64,000 bases of DNA, taken from the NCBI GenBank assembly GCA_963736005.1, contig CAVTNB010000001.1, positions 832,001 through 896,000 of the forward strand. Reading direction: 5' to 3'. The first letter of the stretch is position 1. The number at the start of each line of letters is the position of its first letter. Shown here piece after piece: positions 59,719-64,000 of this stretch. Position numbers and translations under genes: made by a program. Below the pieces are notes generated by a model. It did not search any database. It was given only the letters and a program-made list of their open reading frames with translations, and was not told the origin of the DNA. This DNA is from an uncultured Pseudomonadota bacterium (GTDB lineage Bacteria; Vulcanimicrobiota; Vulcanimicrobiia; Eremiobacterales; Eremiobacteraceae).

Positions 59719-59742
59719 GCGAGCCTAAAGGTCCGCTGCTAC
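59719..59742 (-). repeat. REP family B (slightly degenerate)
   Basis: GCGAGCCTAAAGGTCCGCTGCTAC. Confidence 0.7.
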
Positions 59743-59764
59743 ATGGCGGCAGAACTGGACACTC

Positions 59765-60907
59765 GTGAGGTCTGCCCTCGAACCAACGCTGCAACGGGAG
59801 TTCTATTTCTCACCTGAGATCTTCGCGCGCGAGCGCGAGCACATCTTTTACGGCGAGTGGTTTTACGCGGGCCGCGAGGAACAGCTGCCTAATCCCGGCG
59901 ATTACCTTGTCCTTGACGTCGCCGGTGAGGAAGTGCTTGTCGTCCGCGCAAAAGATGGCGGCCTGCAGGCGCACTACAACGTGTGCCGACACCGTGGTTG
60001 CAGGCTTGTGCTCCAGGCCGGCGACGCGGAGGAGGCTGGGCCGCACGGCAATTTTGCAGGCGCGATTCGTTGCCCGTACCATTCGTGGACGTACACGCTC
60101 GAAGGCGCCCTGCGCACCGCCCCATATCTTCACGAAGGCGACCACTTTCACAAAGAAGAGTTCTCGCTGCACGAAGTTGGACTCCAAAGTTGGGGCGGCT
60201 TCTTCTTCCTCAATCTCCTGCCGCAAGAGGCACGGGCTCGAAAGCACTCGCTGCCGGTACAGCTCGGATCGATTCCCGAGCGACTGGTGCGCTACCCGTT
60301 GGCCGATTTGCGCATCGCGCGACGGATTATCTATGACGTGTCCGCAAACTGGAAAGTTCTCTTGGAGAACTACAACGAGTGCTATCATTGCGGTGGCGTG
60401 CATCCCGAGCTGTGTGAGATCGTGCCCGCTTTCAAGAAAAACGGCGGCGGCGACTTGGATTGGGAGCGAGGGATTCCTCACAAAGACGGCGCTTTCACGT
60501 TTACGCTGAGCGGCAAAACCAACCGCGCACCATTCCCAGGGCTCGACGAGGACGAGAAGACTCGGCATAAAGGTGAACTCATCTATCCGAACTTCATGCT
60601 CAGTCTCGCCGCCGACCACGTGGCCGCATTTTCTCTGTGGCCGCGCTCGCCCGAACAGACCACGATCGTCTGCGATTTTTTGTTCCATCCCGCCGAGATG
60701 GGCAAGCCGGATTTCGATCCCTCGGACGCAATCGATTTCTGGGACTTGGTCAATCGTCAAGACTGGCGCATCTGCGAGGGCGTACAGCAAGGCATGCGGT
60801 CGAGGAAGTTCCGATCTGGCTTCTACGCGCCGATGGAAAGCCTGAGCCTCGACATACGGCGTTACGTTCGCGAGCGTTTGGGCACGCTCGACCCGCAGCA
60901 GCTCTGA
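59765..60907 (+). CDS. Rieske non-heme iron oxygenase alpha subunit (betaine/choline oxygenase-like)
   Basis: NVCRHRG, CPYHSWTY, NWKVLLENYNECYHC..HP, QDWRICEGVQQG. Confidence 0.9.
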   Translation: MRSALEPTLQREFYFSPEIFAREREHIFYGEWFYAGREEQLPNPGDYLVLDVAGEEVLVVRAKDGGLQAHYNVCRHRGCRLVLQAGDAEEAGPHGNFAGAIRCPYHSWTYTLEGALRTAPYLHEGDHFHKEEFSLHEVGLQSWGGFFFLNLLPQEARARKHSLPVQLGSIPERLVRYPLADLRIARRIIYDVSANWKVLLENYNECYHCGGVHPELCEIVPAFKKNGGGDLDWERGIPHKDGAFTFTLSGKTNRAPFPGLDEDEKTRHKGELIYPNFMLSLAADHVAAFSLWPRSPEQTTIVCDFLFHPAEMGKPDFDPSDAIDFWDLVNRQDWRICEGVQQGMRSRKFRSGFYAPMESLSLDIRRYVRERLGTLDPQQL

Positions 60908-60917
60908 GGCCAAACGT

Positions 60918-62084
60918 TTGCGAACGGATTTCGAGTACGTTGTCTTGGGGTTGGGCGGCATTGGCAGCGCTGCTGCCTATTGGCTTTCGAGGCGCGCGGG
61001 CGAGGACGTGCTGGGCTTGGAACAATTCGAACTGGGTCACGTGCGCGGAGAATCGCAGGATCATTCGCGCATTATTCGACTGTCCTATCATCGGCCCGAC
61101 TACGTCGAACTTGCCAAGCGAGCCTACCTGGCATGGGCGCAAGTCGAGGCCGATTCAGGCGAGCAGCTGATCCTTCGGACCGGAGGCCTCGATCTCGGTC
61201 CGCGCGAGAGTGCGATTCCCCTTGAGACATACATGGCGAGCATGGACTCATGCGACGTGCCCTACGAGCACCTTGATGCGGCAGAAATCATGCGCCGTTG
61301 GCCACCCTTTCGACTCGGTGATGAGATTCATGCCGTGTATCAAGCGCAGGGCGGTATCGCGATGGCTGCACGCGCGAATGCTACGCATCAGAAGATGGCA
61401 CGCCAGCATGGTGCGACCTTGCGCGAGCGAGCCGGAGTAACGTACGTGCGATGGGTGGACGGTGAGTTTGAGGTGCTGTCCGGTGAAACACCATATCGCT
61501 GCCGCAAGCTTGTCATTGCGGCGGGCCCGTGGTCGAATGAAGCGCTCTCGCATTTCGATCTGCGCTTGCCGCTTGAAGTAACCAAAGAACAAGTTACGTA
61601 TTTCGCGCCGCCGGATTTGGCACCGTTTGATCCACGGCGGTTTCCGGTTTGGATTTGGATGGACGACCCGAGTTTTTACGGCTTTCCCGTGTTTGGCGAG
61701 CCCGGAATCAAGGTCGCACAGGATGCCGGTGGCAAGCCAGTGGATCCGGACACGCGCACGTTTGAGCAAGACGACGAGAACTTTCAGCGGGTCCGTGCAT
61801 TCTTGGAGCGATACCTTCCCTCGGCGCTCGGCAAGATCGTTTATACAAAGACGTGCCTGTACACGTTGCCGCCGGATCGCGATTTCATCATCGACTCGCT
61901 TGCGACCTATCCTCAAGCGGCGATTGCGATTGGCGCCGGCCACGCGTTTAAATTCGCTTCGGTCATCGGCAAGATTCTGTCGGAGCTTGCAGTCGACGGC
62001 AAGACCGATGCGGATATTTCCGGCTTCACTCTGACTCGTCCGATACTCCGCGAGGCCAATCCGTCAAAGACGTATATGGTATGA
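60918..62084 (+). CDS. solA: monomeric sarcosine oxidase / N-methyl-L-tryptophan oxidase
   Basis: GLGGIGS, SRIIRLSY, CLYTLPPDRDFIID (flavinylation Cys), GHAFKF. Confidence 0.88.
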   Translation: MRTDFEYVVLGLGGIGSAAAYWLSRRAGEDVLGLEQFELGHVRGESQDHSRIIRLSYHRPDYVELAKRAYLAWAQVEADSGEQLILRTGGLDLGPRESAIPLETYMASMDSCDVPYEHLDAAEIMRRWPPFRLGDEIHAVYQAQGGIAMAARANATHQKMARQHGATLRERAGVTYVRWVDGEFEVLSGETPYRCRKLVIAAGPWSNEALSHFDLRLPLEVTKEQVTYFAPPDLAPFDPRRFPVWIWMDDPSFYGFPVFGEPGIKVAQDAGGKPVDPDTRTFEQDDENFQRVRAFLERYLPSALGKIVYTKTCLYTLPPDRDFIIDSLATYPQAAIAIGAGHAFKFASVIGKILSELAVDGKTDADISGFTLTRPILREANPSKTYMV

Positions 62085-62090
62085 CGGGCC

Positions 62091-63509
62091 ATGAGTAAAG
62101 AGCCAGCTTTGCGCCGCACTCTTGGACTTGCGGATGTGACGTTGTTCTTTGTCGTCGCCGGTTCGAATCTGCAGTGGGTAGCAGCGGCCGCTTCAACAGG
62201 ACCAAGCTCCTTGGTCATTTGGCTCTTGGGCGGTGCCTGCATGTTCGTACCTCTGTCGATCGTCGTGGTGTTCTTGGCCGCGCGTTATCCTGACGAGGGT
62301 GGATTGTACGTTTGGAGCAAGCGCGCATTCGGACCGTTTGCCGGGTTTATCTCCGGCTGGACCTACTGGACTTCAAATCTTCCATACTTTCCCGCGTTGC
62401 TCTATTTCATGGCGGGCAGCGTTTTGTATTTCTATGGCGGAAGCGCCGGGTGGCTCTCGGGTTCGCCTTTGTACTTTATCAGCGTTGCTCTCGCCGGCCT
62501 CGTCTTGACCACGGTTCTCAATATTCTTGGATTCGACATAGAAAAGTGGCTGAATAATGTTGGCGCTGCCAGCCGCTGGGGCGTCACGATGCTCCTGATC
62601 GTGCTTGGCGTCGTCGCGTGGCGGAAGTTTGGTTTTGCCACGCCAGTGAACCTCGCGACCCTACGGCCAGGCTTGCACGTCACGGACCTCGTGTTTTGGT
62701 CGACCATCGCGTTTGCCTGGACGGGTCCCGAAGCGATACCTTTGATGAGCGGTGAGATCAGACAGCCACGGCGCACCATTCCTCTCGCGTTGGCACTCGC
62801 AGCACCCGCAATCGCTGTGATTTATATCTTTGGCACGGCGGCCGTGCTTGCAACCCTCAAGCCCAATGACACAAACGCTCTCTACGGCGTCATGCAGGCG
62901 ATCAGCGAGGCGAGCACGCGGTTTGGCTGGACGATGATTACTCCGGTGGCTGCGGCGTTCGTGATGGTGAGTTGCCTGGCAAGCGCAGGTGCTTGGCTTG
63001 GCGCCGTGGCGCGCCTTCCGTTTGTCGCGGGATTAGATCAATACCTACCCAAGGGGTTCGGCCGCATGCACCCGCGCTTTGGGTCCCCCGTGGTTGCACT
63101 CGTGACGCAGTCTGCAATCGCAGCAATTTTTATTTTCCTGGGCCAGGGCGGCACCTCGGTGCGGGGGGCGTACAATGTCCTCGTCAGCACGACAGTCATC
63201 AGCACGTTGTTGCCGTTTTTGCTGTTGTTCGCGTCTGGATTCACACTGAGCGCAGGTCCGACTCGCGAGGGGGATATTCGAATACCCGGAGGGAGATTCT
63301 CGATCGCGACGGCGAGCATGATTGGCTTTTTGACCACCTTGGGCGCAGTCGTGCTCACACTTGTGCCGCCGTCCAACGAGCCGAACAAGCCCCTGGCGGT
63401 GGCGAAGATCCTTGGCTTGACGGCGGTTATGCTTGGAAGTGGCATCGTGTTTTATGTCGTCGCTGCGCGCCGCAAGCGGCGCCTCGAAGCTGCTGGGCTC
63501 GTATCGTGA
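62091..63509 (+). CDS. APC family amino acid permease
   Basis: YPDEGGLYVWSKRAFG, multiple TM helices. Confidence 0.9.
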   Translation: MSKEPALRRTLGLADVTLFFVVAGSNLQWVAAAASTGPSSLVIWLLGGACMFVPLSIVVVFLAARYPDEGGLYVWSKRAFGPFAGFISGWTYWTSNLPYFPALLYFMAGSVLYFYGGSAGWLSGSPLYFISVALAGLVLTTVLNILGFDIEKWLNNVGAASRWGVTMLLIVLGVVAWRKFGFATPVNLATLRPGLHVTDLVFWSTIAFAWTGPEAIPLMSGEIRQPRRTIPLALALAAPAIAVIYIFGTAAVLATLKPNDTNALYGVMQAISEASTRFGWTMITPVAAAFVMVSCLASAGAWLGAVARLPFVAGLDQYLPKGFGRMHPRFGSPVVALVTQSAIAAIFIFLGQGGTSVRGAYNVLVSTTVISTLLPFLLLFASGFTLSAGPTREGDIRIPGGRFSIATASMIGFLTTLGAVVLTLVPPSNEPNKPLAVAKILGLTAVMLGSGIVFYVVAARRKRRLEAAGLVS

Positions 63510-64000
63510 CCGGCCGAGCGACAGCCCACGACGGCGCAACGCAGATGCAATCCGCCATGTTCTTGCTGGCGTTTTTGCTGCTGCCGCTCTGGGCATGTAC
63601 TCGGGTAAGCACGAGCGGTCATCCCAGCGTGCAGTCCGCAACCGTTCACGGCGTCGTCCGCTACGCAATTCCCAACGACCTCAACACGCTGAATCCCGTC
63701 CTTGGAGGTCTCGCCTACGAAAACGCCATCGAGGAAGCGATTTTCAACGGGCTTGTCAAGCTCGACGATCAACAGCGACTGATCCCCGATCTTGCGACTG
63801 TGGTGCCCTCGCGCGCAAACGGTGGAATCAGTGCGGACCGCAGAACCATCACGTATCACCTGCGCCACGGCGTCACCTGGCAAGATGGCGCACCATTCAC
63901 CTCCGCCGACGTGTCGTTCACCTTCTCCAAGATTATGGATCCAAACGTCAACGCGTCAAGTAGCGCGCCGTATACGCACATCGCAAGCCTGACAACGCCC
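63506..64000 (+). CDS. peptide/oligopeptide ABC transporter substrate-binding lipoprotein (3'-truncated; missing from ORF track)
   Basis: GTG 63506 overlaps the permease stop; lipobox LWAC; NTLNP, LIPDLATVVP, YHLRHGVTWQDGAPFTSADV. Confidence 0.88.
   Translation, partial: MTGRATAHDGATQMQSAMFLLAFLLLPLWACTRVSTSGHPSVQSATVHGVVRYAIPNDLNTLNPVLGGLAYENAIEEAIFNGLVKLDDQQRLIPDLATVVPSRANGGISADRRTITYHLRHGVTWQDGAPFTSADVSFTFSKIMDPNVNASSSAPYTHIASLTTP

Noticed and set aside
59810..60961. 383-aa minus-strand ORF
   Set aside because: Antisense shadow of the Rieske oxygenase with no recognisable motifs.

Overview
64-kb bacterial chromosomal window from a moderately GC-rich diderm. It combines a TonB-dependent receptor with a Firmicute-like SigB partner-switching system and stalk-domain proteins; Eremiobacterota/WPS-2 is my inference, not verified. 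Layout: (1) 1-9.6 kb: lipoprotein PQQ dehydrogenase, DinG helicase, tdh-kbl and lipoproteins. (2) ~8.2-25.7 kb: general-stress island with a PAS/GAF/PP2C phosphatase, STAS protein, two RsbW-like proteins, a SigB-type sigma and many small stress genes. About ten GTT(T)-N13/14-GGG(T/A)A(A/T)-like promoters are readable there, plus an unannotated 43-aa metallothionein-like ORF and a multiply deleted udgX pseudogene. (3) 25.7-39.5 kb: housekeeping genes (GH125, MFS, M48, SDR, acs, add, DUF1028) and a DtxR/MntR regulator overlapping a gene that fuses a two-domain multicopper oxidase to a ZIP transporter. (4) tRNA-fMet at 39519-39592 followed by a tandem accretion island. It holds three copies of the tRNA 3' core (one inverted), each beside a C-terminal remnant of a large serine recombinase whose reading frame crosses the att core. 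Cargo includes a TonB-dependent receptor with a PHO-box-like triple repeat upstream. (5) 49-64 kb: mixed accessory and metabolic genes (VOC pseudogene, cytochrome c, LigD-Pol, AKR, DoxX/HxlR, Rieske oxygenase-SolA-APC-ABC operon). Several GTAG-type REP palindrome families lie between genes. All family assignments come from motif recognition by eye; no searches were run.
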